Of a DNA stretch of 64,000 nt, positions 30,860-44,105 are shown in pieces. The stretch comes from the human T2T-CHM13v2.0 reference genome, Homo sapiens. The notes below the pieces were generated by a model. That model saw only the letters and a program-made list of their open reading frames with translations, was not told the origin of the DNA and did no database searches. The stretch is from assembly GCF_009914755.1 (NCBI RefSeq), contig NC_060935.1; one strand, given 5' to 3'. Position numbers and translations under genes: made by a program. Positions within the stretch are counted from its first letter, which is position 1; each line of letters starts with the position of its first letter.

Positions 30860-31220
30860 TGCCTCAGTGTATTCTTTTAAAGTCAGTTTATGGGAGTTCT
30901 TGGTGCAGCTAACTGCAAATATTTCCCTAGTTTATTTGCCTTTTTTATTTTGCTTAACTTTTATTTTTTGAGATGCTAAAGTTTAAAATACTTCTATAGC
31001 CGAGTCAGTTAATCTTTTCCTTTGTGATCACTTCTACTGCTTCTAAGATGGAAACATTACTTCCTTCCAGAGATTTGATAAACATTTTGGTGTTTCTGGG
31101 AATTTTTTTAAAAAGTTATTTAGTTCATCTGGAAAGTACTCGGTATACAATGTGAGAAGAGGATCTAGACTGATCTGATGGTAACTAGTTTTCCCAGAAC
31201 TTTGTATTGAATAAATTTCT
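30860..31220 (-). mobile_element. Old L1M (L1ME-type) fragment
   Basis: 'tttagttcatctggaa...gtatacaatgtgagaagaggatctag...ttttcccagaactttgtattgaata'. Confidence 0.5.
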
Positions 31221-31221
31221 T

Positions 31222-31513
<292 letters not shown>

Positions 31514-31532
31514 ATTTATTCTTTTTCCAGTG

Positions 31533-31830
31533 ATTTTTTTTTTTTTTTTTGACAGGGTCTTGCTCTGTCACCCAGGGTAGAGAGCAGTGGCACAAACACC
31601 ATTCATTGCAGCCTCAGCCTCCTCGGGCTGAAGCAATCCTCCCATGTAGCTGGGACCACAAGTGTGCACCCCCACACCCAGCTAATCTTTTTTTTTTTTT
31701 TTTTTTTTTTTGTAGAGATGGGGATCTCCCTGTGTTGCGCAGGCTGATCTCAAATTCGTAGACTCAAGCGATACTCCCACCTTGGCCTCCCAAAGCATTG
31801 GGATTACAGGCGTGAGCCACCGCGCCTGTC
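31533..31830 (-). mobile_element. AluJ, inverted relative to the previous Alu (~19-bp spacer)
   Basis: Poly-T followed by reverse J-type Alu. Confidence 0.88.
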
Positions 31831-32830
31831 CCCTATAGATTTTTTATTCCATTTTTATGGTATATTGAATTCATATATATCAGGTCAATCTTTTTTCCAG
31901 GCAACCTATTCAGCTCCAATAAAAGAGTGTTTGACACCTGACTGTGCATTGTTTATTACTCCCTGTTAAGTATAGTCAAAATAATTTAAAGAAAAAAATC
32001 ACATACTTTACTTCCAATTATTTATCCAACATCCAACTGAATGTTGACTTTGGGACAGACACTGGCTGGGTGCTGGAAATAGAGTGGAGAATAAGACAGG
32101 TATGGTTTCTGCCATTACTATACTCATAATCAAATAGCAATAATGATAAGACTACAGAAAGTGTTTAGCAGCAAACTGCATCTTAGAGGTGATGGGAGGG
32201 AAGTGTTGGAGAAACCCACTGGAGGCTTCCATCTGACACCTGAAGGATGAGTGGACACTAACACAAAGAGAAGGAGGCTGGCAGAATCCAGAACATGATG
32301 AGACCTAGGCCAGGCACCTCCTACTAGGACCTTGATTACAGCTTTATGGAACCAATGGAACCTGGAGGAAAAGAAGCAGGTAAAGATGAGAAAACTGATC
32401 ACCCTGCAAGGACTATCCTGAGCAGAAAAGGGGAGCTCCTACTTCATGCCAGACATCATGCCAACACTTGCATATAACTCTCAGTTCATCCTCAGAATCC
32501 TCCTTGGGGTTACTTTATTTATTCCACTGTACTATCACTGGGAGACTAAGGCCAGAGTGTTTACATTCCCCACTTGCTGGGGTCCCAGATCATAATGTGG
32601 GCAGGATGAAGCCCTGAAGCATGAACGCATCCACCTTGTTCTGTTCCTTTCCTCCCTCCTCGGGGGAAGTTTGCTATCCCTGAACCTTTGTGCTTCTTGA
32701 TCTCATGTCATACAATCTTAGACATAAGTCTAAAAGACGTTGACTCACCAGAGTCCTTGGACTGGCAGGGGCCTAGGTCAGACTGTGGAATCTCCAGAGC
32801 CAAATTTGTCTTTTCAAATTCTAAGTTCTC

Positions 32831-33533
32831 GGCACTTGGTTTCTCATGTCACCCACTTGGCCCTCTTCCAAGTGTACTTTCCTTCTTTTCTTTCCTTACT
32901 ATTCTAAAGCTTTTTAATAAACTTCCACTGCTGCTCTGAAATTTGCCTTGGTCCTTTTTTCTGCCTTATGCCTCTCAGTTGAATTCTTTCTTCTTCTTTT
33001 TTTTTTTTTTTTTTTTTTGAGACAGAGTTTCACTCTTGTTGCCCATACTGGAGTGCAATGGCACAGTCTCCACTTACTGCAACCTCTGCCTCCTGGGTTC
33101 AAGCGATTCTCTTGCCTCAGCCTCCTGAGTAGCTGGGATTATAGACATGCACCACCACGCCCAGCTAATTTTTGTATTTTTAGTAGAGAGAGGGCGTCTC
33201 CATGTTGGTCAGGCTGGTCTCGAACCCCCAACTTCAGGTGACCCACCCGACTCGGCCTCCCAAAGTGCTGGGATTACAGGCATGAGCCACCACGCCTGGC
33301 TGAATTCTTTCTTCTAAGGAGGCAAGAATTGAGGTTGCTGCAGATGCATACAGATTCGCTGCCAGTAACTCAGATACCTGCCACTGCTAACATATTTGGT
33401 GCTGACTGACTCAGATATGTTCCCTAGTGGTGAGAGATCTCTATGCCTCACCTTCTTCAGCTGGAGGCGTCTGATCCCTGTGTGTGGTTTTTCTTCTCCT
33501 CTCTAAAAAAAAAAAAAAAAAAAAAGAAAAAAA
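32831..33533 (+). mobile_element. MER50-like LTR R-U5 + PBS + leader with poly-A tail and 15-bp TSD (processed retrocopy)
   Basis: MER50-like 'ttggccctcttccaagtgtacttt...aataaactt...gaggttgctgcaga...taaCA' ending at 33392; PBS-like tggtgctgactgactcagat; poly-A 33505-33533; TSD aaattc(t/g)aagttctc. Confidence 0.75.
32996..33300 (-). mobile_element. AluS inside the MER50 retrocopy
   Basis: TSD TGAATTCTTTCTTCT at 32980-32994 and 33301-33315. Confidence 0.95.
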
Positions 33534-34009
33534 AAATTCGAAGTTCTCTACCCACCTTTATAGCTCAATGAGCTCATAAATAGTCATCAGGACCTGCTGG
33601 TTGTTGCAGATATTTACACCAAAACTTCAAAACAATGCACACTTGCAGGATCACTGTCTTACTAGGTATCTTTCGGGACTGCATTCCAAAAGCTCTCCAT
33701 TTCCATTACTGTGTTCCATGGCCAAGACCCACCCACATGGCCACCACCTTTGCTTCCTCTGTACCCCTGTACTCTAGTTGTAAATGCCAGTTGCTTCCCA
33801 CCCCTCACTTCCCTGCCACACCACCATATATATGACAGCTAGCCATTTTATACCAGCGCTACTCAGAATTGTGGCCTACAGGCCAGTATCCACCTACAAA
33901 TTATTTGTTCCCATGAGAAGATAAGTTCAGAAATGGAGAGTAAGCATTTAGAAATGTCTATAGCAATTTGACAGAATCATTATTTATCATTTAATTTAAT
34001 AACAAAAAG

Positions 34010-34633
<624 letters not shown>

Positions 34634-35694
34634 TAGCAATTTAATTGCATTTTACAAAAGTGTCAGTCTGCAGTGGATTTGAAATGCAAATGTTTAAAAT
34701 AAAATTGGTCTTGTCACCATGGATAGTTTGAGAAACACTGCTTTGTACACTCTGTATCCCCCATGGAGCTTGTCACCATAATTGCTATGCACTCTGATCA
34801 CTAATACTTGTTGATGATGGCCAAACCCACAGGTGTGAGTTTTGGAACCAGTTGCTGCACATTGTAGATAAAGTCACAGCCCAGGGCCCTGTCAATCCTC
34901 CAATACAGGGACATTTCAGGACTCTGTTGTATACTGAATACTGCCATATCCCAGGGCCCTGTCACATCGTAGCTGTTGCACACCAGATACTATCACAGCT
35001 CAGGGCCAAGCAGGGGCTGTGACAAGCCCCTGGGAAATGCCAGTATATAAAGATTGACAGGACAGGCCCTGGGTTGTTCTGCACATGGAGGTTCCTGGGA
35101 CGTGCCATTATTTGAGGGATGCCAGAGCCCCACTCTGTGTCTATATCTGGGGTATGACAAGGCCCTGGACTGTGACATGGTTCTGGAATGTGGCCACGCC
35201 CCGTGAGTGAGGTATTGAGTTCTGGGCTGTGACAAGTTCTGACTGTGCCAGGGTACAGACTCTTAATTCCTTCTGGAATACTGAGAGTGCCGGGAAATGA
35301 CAGCTTAATGTTCAGGGTACGTCTTAGTTTGTCTTGGATCTTGTGACAGGGACAGCTGCATTAGTCTTGGAGTGAAAGTGTATCTGAGTATGTTGGGCCA
35401 CATTTGCAGTAGTTTGTTCTGAACTCCAGAGCTATTGACCAAGCCCGTCCTGCCTTCTGAGGTATGGAAGACACTGAGGCCTCCTGACCCACGGCACAGC
35501 ATTCTCTGCTTCCAGCGCGTCTGCCTTGGGCCATCACCCCAGAGAGTTTGATCAAGGTCTGTCTTACCACACCCCCTCCCAAATTCTTGCAGCTCCCAAA
35601 GCTGCTGGAGGCAGCACCTGAGCCTGTCTCTCCGCTGAGCTTCTTCACCCCAAGGACTGCCTGCTGGCTGCCCACTTCTCATCAGGCAAGGCCA

Positions 35695-35710
35695 CAGTGC
35701 CATCTGCTGG
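35695..35710 (-). promoter_or_regulatory. Candidate CTCF motif (module B)
   Basis: Minus strand CCAGCAGATGGCACTG, a close match to the CTCF core. Confidence 0.6.
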
Positions 35711-35789
35711 CTATTGGGAGCCATGCTGGTCAGGTTGGGAGGGCACAGGAGCATGCTAGGCTGACAAGGAGCACTGAGCTCTCCCCACC

Positions 35790-36250
35790 TCAGCTCAGGA
35801 ATAACAGAAGTGGCCTTTCCCTTAAGCCCCCACTGACCAGAGCCCCTCATTCAGGCTTCAGTCACCAGAGCCCCCTGCTCAAGTCCTTTAGTTACCATGG
35901 CCTCTAGGTCAGTCTCCTCAGGAATCAGGGCCCCTCGTGCAGCCCCCAGTCCCACCCCCCACTGACCAGAGCCTCAGTGACCAGGGCCCCTAGGTCATGC
36001 ATCCAATGACCAGGGCCTCTTTCTAAGGCTCTCTACTGACCAGAACCCCTCATTCTAGCTCCATGGTGGTGAGGGCACCTCATTTAGGCTTGGCTTCACA
36101 ATCAGGTCATTCAATGACCAGGACCTATAGCTCTTGACCCCCAAAGACCAGGGCCTTTCTCAGACCCCCACGACCAGGTCCTTTCAGTGACCTATAGTCC
36201 TCTCTTTTAGGACCCTCTGTGCCTAGGTTACTAAAGACCATTACTCAGAG
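35790..36250 (+). repeat. Degenerate ~29-30-bp tandem array, same consensus as 26330-26860 (module B)
   Basis: Repeated 'actgaccagagcccctcattcagg', 'cagtgaccagggcccct', 'caatgaccagggcctc'. Confidence 0.7.
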
Positions 36251-37330
36251 GACATAAGGAGTGGTGTTTGTGGGGGCTCTTTGATCCCGAAGAGCTGGAC
36301 AGGTCCCATCTGTTTCCTCTGTTTATCGTCCCCTTCCCACTGGTCTCCAGAGAGGCCTCTGGCCACTGGGGCTTTCCATTTTGTTTTGCCTGTGCTCCCG
36401 GGTCCCTCTTCAGACATGGCCACAGCTGTGCCCAGGTCTCATAACAAAGGTGGTCTCTGTTGAGTTAACTAATCCCATCCCGGGAACTGTGGCCCAAGAA
36501 GACTAGATTCTATAGCATGGCAGCCCACCTGGGCCTCGCATCTGCTGGCCCTCTAACACCAGACCACACACCCCTGTGCCATCTCACCACCTCCCATAGG
36601 CAGGCCTCCCATCACATCTATCTCAGGCCGTATTACCCAAAGGCCAAATGCTTCCAGTCCCAGCATCCCACCAGTCCCTGGCACCTGTCCTAGATACCAA
36701 GTGTGACTTTTCCCATTTTCCTTTTCTTCCAGACCCAAGCCTAATCCAGGTCCTACCCTTCTCAGCCCCCATCCCACTTGGGTTTATTTACTTATTCAAA
36801 CAAACATCAAATGAGCATCTACATATTAGGATTCTAGATAGGGGTGTGGGGTCAGTGTGCAGGGACGGCAGCATAGAAGAGGGACTTTGGTTGAGACTTG
36901 AAGGATGAATAGGAGTTTGCCAAAGGGTCAAAGGATAGGAAGCTATTTGAGGAAGAAGAAACTGCATATACTACACAAATATACAGAGGACCCTGGTCAG
37001 CCATGTGGTTGGAGCACAAAGTGAAAAGTGAGGAGAGAGGGAGAAGAGAGACTTGAACAGGGAAGCAGAGAACAACAGATGGAAGATCTTGTAGCTGAGC
37101 TAAGGAGTATGAATTTTTTTCCCCTAGGATGGAAAAACACAGAAGTTTTTTCAAATTTCCAAGTAGGAAGTTATGATTCCAAAAAAAAGAAAAAGAAAAA
37201 GAAAAGAAGGCTTTTTCTAATTAGAAAGGTCAGGTTAGTGGCATTGTGGAAGACGGATTGGACAGGGGCAAAAGTAGACCCAGGGAGACTAGTCAGTCTA
37301 GCCAGTCAGCCAACAAGTGTTTTGTAAGTT

Positions 37331-37755
37331 CTGTAGTAGGTTAAATAGTTGCTTCCCCCACTCCAAAAGTTATGCCCATGTCCCAGAACCCGTGAATGTG
37401 ACCTTATTTGGAAAACAGAACTTTAAAGATGTAATCAAGTTAAGGATCTCAGGATCCTTGATTATCTGATGGGCCTTAAATCCAATGGCAAATGTCCTTA
37501 AAAGAAACAAATGCAAGAGAAGGCCACTGAAGACAGAGGCAGAGATTGCAGTGATGCAGCCATAAGCCAAGGAATGCCCGGAAATGTCAGAAGCAGAAAG
37601 AGCAGATTCTCCCTTCAAGCCTTCAGAGGGAGTGTGGCCCTGCTGACATCTTGACATCAAACCTCTAGCCTCCAGAACAATGAGAATAAATTTATGTTGC
37701 CTTATGCCACCAAGTTTGTGGTAATTTTTTACAACAGCTCTAGGAAACCAATACA
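37331..37755 (+). mobile_element. MLT1C-type MaLR LTR
   Basis: 'cccagaacccgtgaatgtgaccttatttggaaa...gccaccaagtttgtggtaatttttt...ctctaggaaaccaatac'. Confidence 0.8.
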
Positions 37756-38473
37756 CACGCTGACCAGGTACTGTGGTAGACACTGGGCGTATCATAATGA
37801 ACACAGTAGATGTTTCCTGCCCTCTTGAATCTTAACAGTAAGCAAGTTTATTCATTCATTCACTCAACAAATATTCATTTGGCACCTGTAATATTCCAAC
37901 CACTGTTCTAGGTACTTGGGTTACACTGGTGAAGAGTCTCTACTTTTGTGCAGTTCATTACTAGTGGAAGAAACAGACAGCAAACAAGTAAATAATAGAA
38001 GAGAAGAGAACAAATGAATAGAAACAGTAAAATAGAATGGAAGAGAGTAGAATAGAAACACTAGAACAGAAAAGAACTAAACAGAGCATATTAGAGTAGA
38101 ACAAAATAGAATAGAATAGGAGTAGGGATAAGTGACCTAAAGAAAAATAAAGCTGGGTAAGGACAGGGTGAGGACCCGTTCCTCAGGTTTCCTTCCAGAC
38201 CTCCTCCTGCTTGGCTCTGAATTGCTGGGGAACTGGTCTCTGCAGGCTGCATTTCCCAGGCTCCCGTTAGCTGGTGGACTTTGACCATTCAGATGAACTG
38301 GTAGGAGACTGGCAGTCAGAATCCAGCAGCCTGCCAGGATTTTTCACCACCTTTTCCTCTGCCTCTGCTGTGACTGTATCTCATTTAAGCCTCCATTGCT
38401 GAATAGGCCTGCTGTGGTTCTACCTTCTACACAGTGGCCTTCTTCCTGGGAAAAGTCTCTTCTCTGTCCCTCC

Positions 38474-38886
38474 TGTCAGGCCTCTGAGCCAAAGCTAAGC
38501 CATCATATCCCCTGTGACCTGCACATACACATCCAGATGGCTGGTTCCTGCCTTAACTGAGGACATTCAACCACAAAAGAAGTGAAAATGGCTGGTCCTT
38601 GCCTTAACTGATGACATTACCTTGTGAAATTCATTTTCCTGGCCCATCCTGGCTCAAAAGCTCCCCCACTGAGCACCTTGTGACCCCCACCCCTGCCCGC
38701 CAGAGAACAACCCCCTTTGACTATAATTTTCCTTTACCTACCCAAATCCTATAAAATGACCCCACCCCTATCTCCCTTTGCTGACTCTCTCTTCAGACTC
38801 AGCCCGCCTGCACCCAGGTGAAATAAACAGCCTTGTTGCTCACACAAAGCCTGTTTGGTGGGCTCTTCACACGGACGGGAGTGAAA
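38474..38886 (+). mobile_element. 5' LTR7
   Basis: TGTCAGGCCTCTGAGCC...GTGAAA; TATAAAA 38750-38756; AATAAA 38822-38827. Confidence 0.95.
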
Positions 38887-38889
38887 TTT

Positions 38890-38907
38890 TGGTGCCGTGA
38901 CTCGGAT
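38890..38907 (+). other. Primer-binding site, tRNA-His
   Basis: TGGTGCCGTGACTCGGAT is complementary to the 3' 18 nt of tRNA-His. Confidence 0.95.
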
Positions 38908-39030
38908 CGGGGGACCTCCCTTGGGAGATCAATCCCCTGTCCTCCTGCACTTTGCTCCATGAGAAAGATCCACCTACGACCTTGGGTCCTCAGACCGACC
39001 GGCCCGAGGAACAACTCACCAGTTTTAAAT

Positions 39031-39039
39031 CGGGTAAGT
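39031..39039 (+). promoter_or_regulatory. HERV-H major splice donor (CGG|GTAAGT)
   Basis: Consensus 5' splice site ~150 nt downstream of the 5' LTR. Confidence 0.8.
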
Positions 39040-40059
39040 GGCCTTTTTTTTACTCTCTTCTCCAACCTCTCTTACTATCCCTCAACCTCTTTCTCCTTTC
39101 AATCTTGGCACCACACTTCAATCTCTCCCTTAATTTCAGTACCTTTCCCTTTATGTTAGAGACAAAGGAGACACATTTTATCCGTGAACCCAAAACTCCG
39201 GCGCTGGTCACGGACTCAGGAAGACAGTCTTCCCTTGGTGTTTAATCACACGGGGATGCCTGCCTGATTATTCACCCACATTTCAGAGGTGTCTGACCAC
39301 GTGGGGATGCCTGCCTTGGTCCTTCACCCTTAGTGGCAAGTACTGCTTTTCTGGGGGACAAGAAACCCCTGACCCCTTCTCTCCATGTCTCTACCCCTTC
39401 TCTGCTTTTCTAGGGGGCAAGAACCCCCCGCCCCTTCTCTCCGTGTCTCTACTCTCTCTTTTCTCTGGGCTTGCCTCCTTCACTATGGGCAATCTTCCAC
39501 CCTCCATTCTTCCCTCTACTCCCTTAGCCTGTGTTCTCAAGAACTTAAAACCTCTTCAATTCACACCTGACCTAAAACCTAAACACCTTATTTTCTTCTA
39601 TAATCCTGCCTGACCCCAATACAAACTCGACAGTGGTTCCAAATAGCCAGAAAACAGCGCTTTTGATTTTTCCAACCTACAAGATCTAAATAATTATTGT
39701 CGTAAAATAGGCAGTCTGAGGTGCCTGACGTCCAGGCATTCTTTTACACACCGGTCCCCCCCAGTCTCTGTTCCCAATGCAACTTGTCCCAAATCTTCCT
39801 TCTTTCCCTCCCGCGTGTCCCCTCAGTCCCAACCCCAAGCATCACTGAGTCTTTCTAATCTGCCTTTTCTACAGACCCATCTGACCTCCTCCCCAGGCTG
39901 CTCCTTGCCAAGCCGAGCTAAGTCCCAGCTCTTCCTCAGCCTCTGCTCCCCCACCCTATAATCCTTTTATCACTTCCCCTCCTCACACCCGGTCCAGCTT
40001 ACAGTTTCGTTCCGAGACTAGCCCTCCCCCACCTGCCCAGCAATTTCTCTTAAAAAGGT

Positions 40060-40720
40060 GGCTAGAGCTAAAAGCATAGTCAAGGTTAATGCTCCTTTTT
40101 CTCTATCCAACCTCTCCCAAAATCAGTTAGCGTTTAGGCTCTTCATCAAATATGAAAAACCCCGCCCAGTTCATGGCCTGTTCGGCAGCAACCCTGAGAC
40201 GCTCTACAGCCCTAGACCCTGAAAGGTCAAAAGGCCATCTTATTCTCAATATACATTTTATTTTATTACCCAATCTGCTCCCGACATTAAATAAAGCTCC
40301 AAAAATTAAATTCCGGCCCTCAAACCCCACAACAGGATCTAATTAACCTCGCCTTCCAGGTGTACAATAATAGAGTAGAGGCAGCCAAGTAGCAACATAT
40401 TTCTGAGTTGCAATTCCTTGCCTCCACTGTGAGAGAAACCCCAGCCACATCTCCAGCACACAAGAACTTCCAAACGCCTGAACCGCAGTGGCCAGGCGTT
40501 CCTCCAGGCCCATGTCCCCCAGGAGCTCGCTACAAGTGCCAGAAATCTGGCCACCAGGCCAAGGAATGCCCACAGCCCAGGATTCCTCCTAAGCCATGTC
40601 CTATCTGTGCAGGACCCCACTGGAAATCGGACTGTCCAACTCACCTGGCAGCCACTCCCAGAGCCCCTGGAACTCTGGCCCAAGGCTCTCTGACTCCTTC
40701 CCAGATCTTCTTCGCTTAGT
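40060..40720 (+). pseudogene. HERV-H gag remnant (CA/NC)
   Basis: ORF 40408-40719 contains RYKCQKSGHQAKEC (first knuckle, Cys lost) and CPICAGPHWKSDC; frameshifted. Confidence 0.85.
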
Positions 40721-40769
40721 GGCTGAAGACTGACGCTGCCCAATCACCTCGGAAGCTTCCTGGACCATC

Positions 40770-41070
40770 ACAGACGCTCTGGGTAACTCTCACAGTGGAA
40801 GGGAAGTCCATCCCCTTCTTAATCAGTACAGAGGCTACCCACTCCACATTACCTTCTTTTCAAGGGCCTGTTTCCCTTGCCTCCATAACTGTTGTGGGTA
40901 TTGACGGCCAGGCTTCTAAACCTCTTAAAACTCCCCAACTCTGGTGCCAACTTAGACAACACTCTTTTAAGCACTCCTTTTTAGTTATCCCCACCTGCCC
41001 AGCTCCCTTATTAAGCCAAGATATTTTAACTAAATTATCTGTTTCCCTGACTATTCCTGGGCTATAGCCA
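40770..41070 (+). pseudogene. HERV-H protease remnant
   Basis: FLISTEATHS (DTG active site degraded) ... PLLSQDIL (GRD motif degraded). Confidence 0.85.
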
Positions 41071-41169
41071 CACCTCATTGCTGCTTTTCCCCCAGTTCAA
41101 AGCCTCCTTCACATCCTCCCCTTATATCTCCCCACCTTAATCCACAAGTATAAGACACCTCTACTTCCT

Positions 41170-43100
41170 CCTTCGCGACCGATCATGCACCCCTTACCAT
41201 CTCATTAAAACCTAATCACTCTTACCCCGTTCAATGCCAGTATCCCATCCCACAGCATGCTTTAAAAAGATCAAAGTCTGTTATCACTCGCCTGCTACAG
41301 CATGGCCTTTTAAAGCCTATAAACTCCCCTTACAATTCCCCAATTTTACCTGTCCTAAAACCAGACAAGCCTTACAGGTTAGTTCAGGATCTGCGCCTTA
41401 TCAACCAAATTGTTTTGCCTATCCACCCTGTGGTGCCAAACCCATATACTCTCCTATCCTCAATGCCTCCCTCCGCAACCCATTATTCTGTTCTGGGTCT
41501 CAAACATGCTTTCTTTACTATTCCTTTTCACCCTTCATCCCAGCCTCTCTTCGCTTTCACCTGGACTGACCCTGACACCCACCAGGCTCAGCAAATTACC
41601 TGGACTGTACTGCCGCAAGTCTTCACAGACAGCTCCCATTACTTCAGTCAAGCCCAAATTTCTTCCTCATCTGTTACCTATCTCGGCATAATTCTCATAA
41701 AAACACACGTGCTGTCTCTGCCGATCATGTCCGACTGATCTCTCAAACCCCAACACCTTCACAAAACAAAACTCCTTTCCTTCCTAAGCATGGGTAGATA
41801 CTTTCGACTATAGATACCTGGTTTTGCCATCCTAACAAAACCATTATATAAACTCACAAAAAGAAACCTAGCTGACCCCGTAGATCCTAAATCCTTTCCC
41901 CACTCCTCTTTCTGTTCCTTGAAGACAGCTTTAGAGACTGCCCCTACCCTACCTGTCTCTGACTCATCCCAACCCTTTTCATTACCCACAGCCAAAGTGC
42001 AAGGCTGTGCAGTCAGAATTCTTACACAAGGACCAGGACTGTGCCCTGTAGCCTTTTTATCCAAACAACTTGACCTTACTGTTTTGCCTAGCCCTCAAGT
42101 CTGCGTGCGGTGGCCACCACCACCCTAATACTTTTAGAGGCCCTTAAAATCACAAACAATGCTCAACTCACTCTCTACAGTTCTCATAACTTCCAAAATC
42201 TATTTTTTCCTCACACCTGACACATATACTTTCTGATCCCCAGCTCCTTCAGCTGTACTCACTCTTTGTTGAGTCTCCCACAATTACCATTGTTCCTGGC
42301 CCGGACTTCAATCTGGCCTCCCACATTATTCCTGATACCACACCTGACCCTCATGACTGTATCTCTCTGATCCACCTGACATTCACCCCATTTCCTTCTT
42401 TCCTGTTTCTCACCCTGAACACACTTGGTTTAGTGATGGCAGTTCCACCAGGCCTAATCGCCACACACCAGCAAAGGCAGGCTATGCTATAGAACAAGCC
42501 ACCAGCCCGCCTCTTAGAACCTCTCATTTCCTTTCCATCGTGGAAATCTATCCTTAAGGAAATAACTTCTCAGTGCCATCTGCTATTCTACTACTCGTCA
42601 GGGATTATTCAGGCCCCCTCCCTTCCCTACACATCACGCTTGAGGATTTGCCCCGCCCAGGACTGGCAAATTGGCTTTACTCAACATGCCCCGAGTCAGG
42701 AAATTAAAATACCTCTTGGTCTAGGTAGACACTTTCACTGGATAGGTAGAAGCCTTTCCCACAGGGTCTAGGAAGGCCACCATGGTCATTTCTTCCCTTC
42801 TGTCAGACATAATTCCTCAGTTTGACCTTCCCACCTCTATACAGTCCAATAACAGACCGGCCTTTATTAGTCAAAGCACCCAAGCAGTTTCTCAGGCTCT
42901 TAGTATTCAGTGAACTAATGGTCTTTTAAAAACTCACCTCACCAAGCTCAGTCACCAACTTAAAAAGGACTGGACAATACTTTTACCACTTGCCCTTCTC
43001 AGAATTCAGGCCTGTCCTCGGAATGCTACAAGATACAGCCCATTTGAACTCCTCTATAGACGCTCCTTTTTATTAGGCCCCAGTCTCATTCCAGACACCA
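41170..43100 (+). pseudogene. HERV-H pol remnant (RT, RNaseH, IN)
   Basis: YSVLGLKHAFFTIP and WTVLPQVF (RT); YxDD region absent; VDTFTG*VEAFP (IN) near 42725; many stops and frameshifts. Confidence 0.85.
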
Positions 43101-43696
43101 GACCAATTTGGACTGCACCCCAAAAAACTTGTCATCCCTACTATCTTCTGTCTAGTCATACTCCTATTTACCGTTCTCAACCACTCATAAATGCCCTGCT
43201 CTTGTTTACACCGCCGGTTTACACTGTTTCTCCAAGCCATCACAGCTGATATCTCCTGGTGCTATCCCCAAACCGCCACTCTTAACTCCCTCTTAAAGTA
43301 AATAAATAATCTTTGCTGGCAGGGCTATGCTGAAAAGGCACTCTCTAGTTAGATATTCTAGGTCCTCCCAATTCTTAGTCCTTTAATTCCTGTTTTTCTC
43401 CTTGTCTTATTCCGTTTAGTTTTTCAATTCATACAAAACCGTATCCAGGCCATCACCAACAATTCTATACAACAAATGTTTCTTCTAACAACCCCACAAT
43501 ATCACCCCTTACCACAAAATCTTCCTTCAGCTTAATCTCTCCCACTCGAGGTTCCCACGCCACCCCTAATCCCGCTTGAAGCAGCCCTGAGAAATATCGC
43601 CCATTCTCTCTCCATACCACCCCCCAAAATTTTCGCTGCCCCAACACTTCAACACTATTATGTTTTATTTTTCTTATTAATATAAGAAGACAGGAA

Positions 43697-44105
43697 TGTC
43701 AGGATGCTGAGCCAAAGCTAAGCCATCATATCCCCTGTGACCTGCACGTACGCATCCAGATGGCCAGTTCCTGCCTTAACTGAGGACATATCACCACAAA
43801 AGAAGTGAAAATGGCCGGTCCTTGCCTTAACTGACGACATTACCTTGTGAAATTCCTTCTCCTGGGTCATCCTGGCTCAAAAGCTCCCCCACTGAGCACC
43901 TTGTGACCCCCACCCCTGCCCACCAGAGAACAACCCCCTTTGACTGTAATTTTCCTTTACCTACCCAAATCCTATAAAACGGCCCCACCCCTATCTCCCT
44001 TTGCTGACTCTCCAGACTCAGCCCGCCTGCACCCAGGTGAAATAAACAGCCTTGTTGCTCACACAAAGCCTGTTTGGTGGTCTTTTCACGCGGACGTGAG
44101 TGAAA
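43697..44105 (+). mobile_element. 3' LTR7, preceded by PPT AAGAAGACAGGAA
   Basis: ~94% identical to the 5' LTR (manual count ~24 substitutions plus one 4-bp indel). Confidence 0.95.

Larger units (their letters stand above)
38474..44105 (+). mobile_element. HERV-H provirus, 5.6-kb internally deleted type, coding-defective
   Basis: Two LTR7s, tRNA-His PBS, gag/pro/pol remnants, polypurine tract, 5-bp TSD CCTCC at 38469-38473 and 44106-44110. Confidence 0.97.

Noticed and set aside
35305-35850. 181-aa minus-strand ORF and overlapping ORFs
   Set aside because: No recognisable homology, domain or splice structure; ORFs in several frames point to GC-rich chance.
38890-38907. tRNA-His sequence match
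   Set aside because: Only the 18-nt retroviral PBS complement, not a tRNA gene.
40408-42128. HERV-H gag/pro/pol ORFs as functional proteins
   Set aside because: Fragmented; protease DTG, RT YxDD and the first zinc-knuckle Cys are lost.
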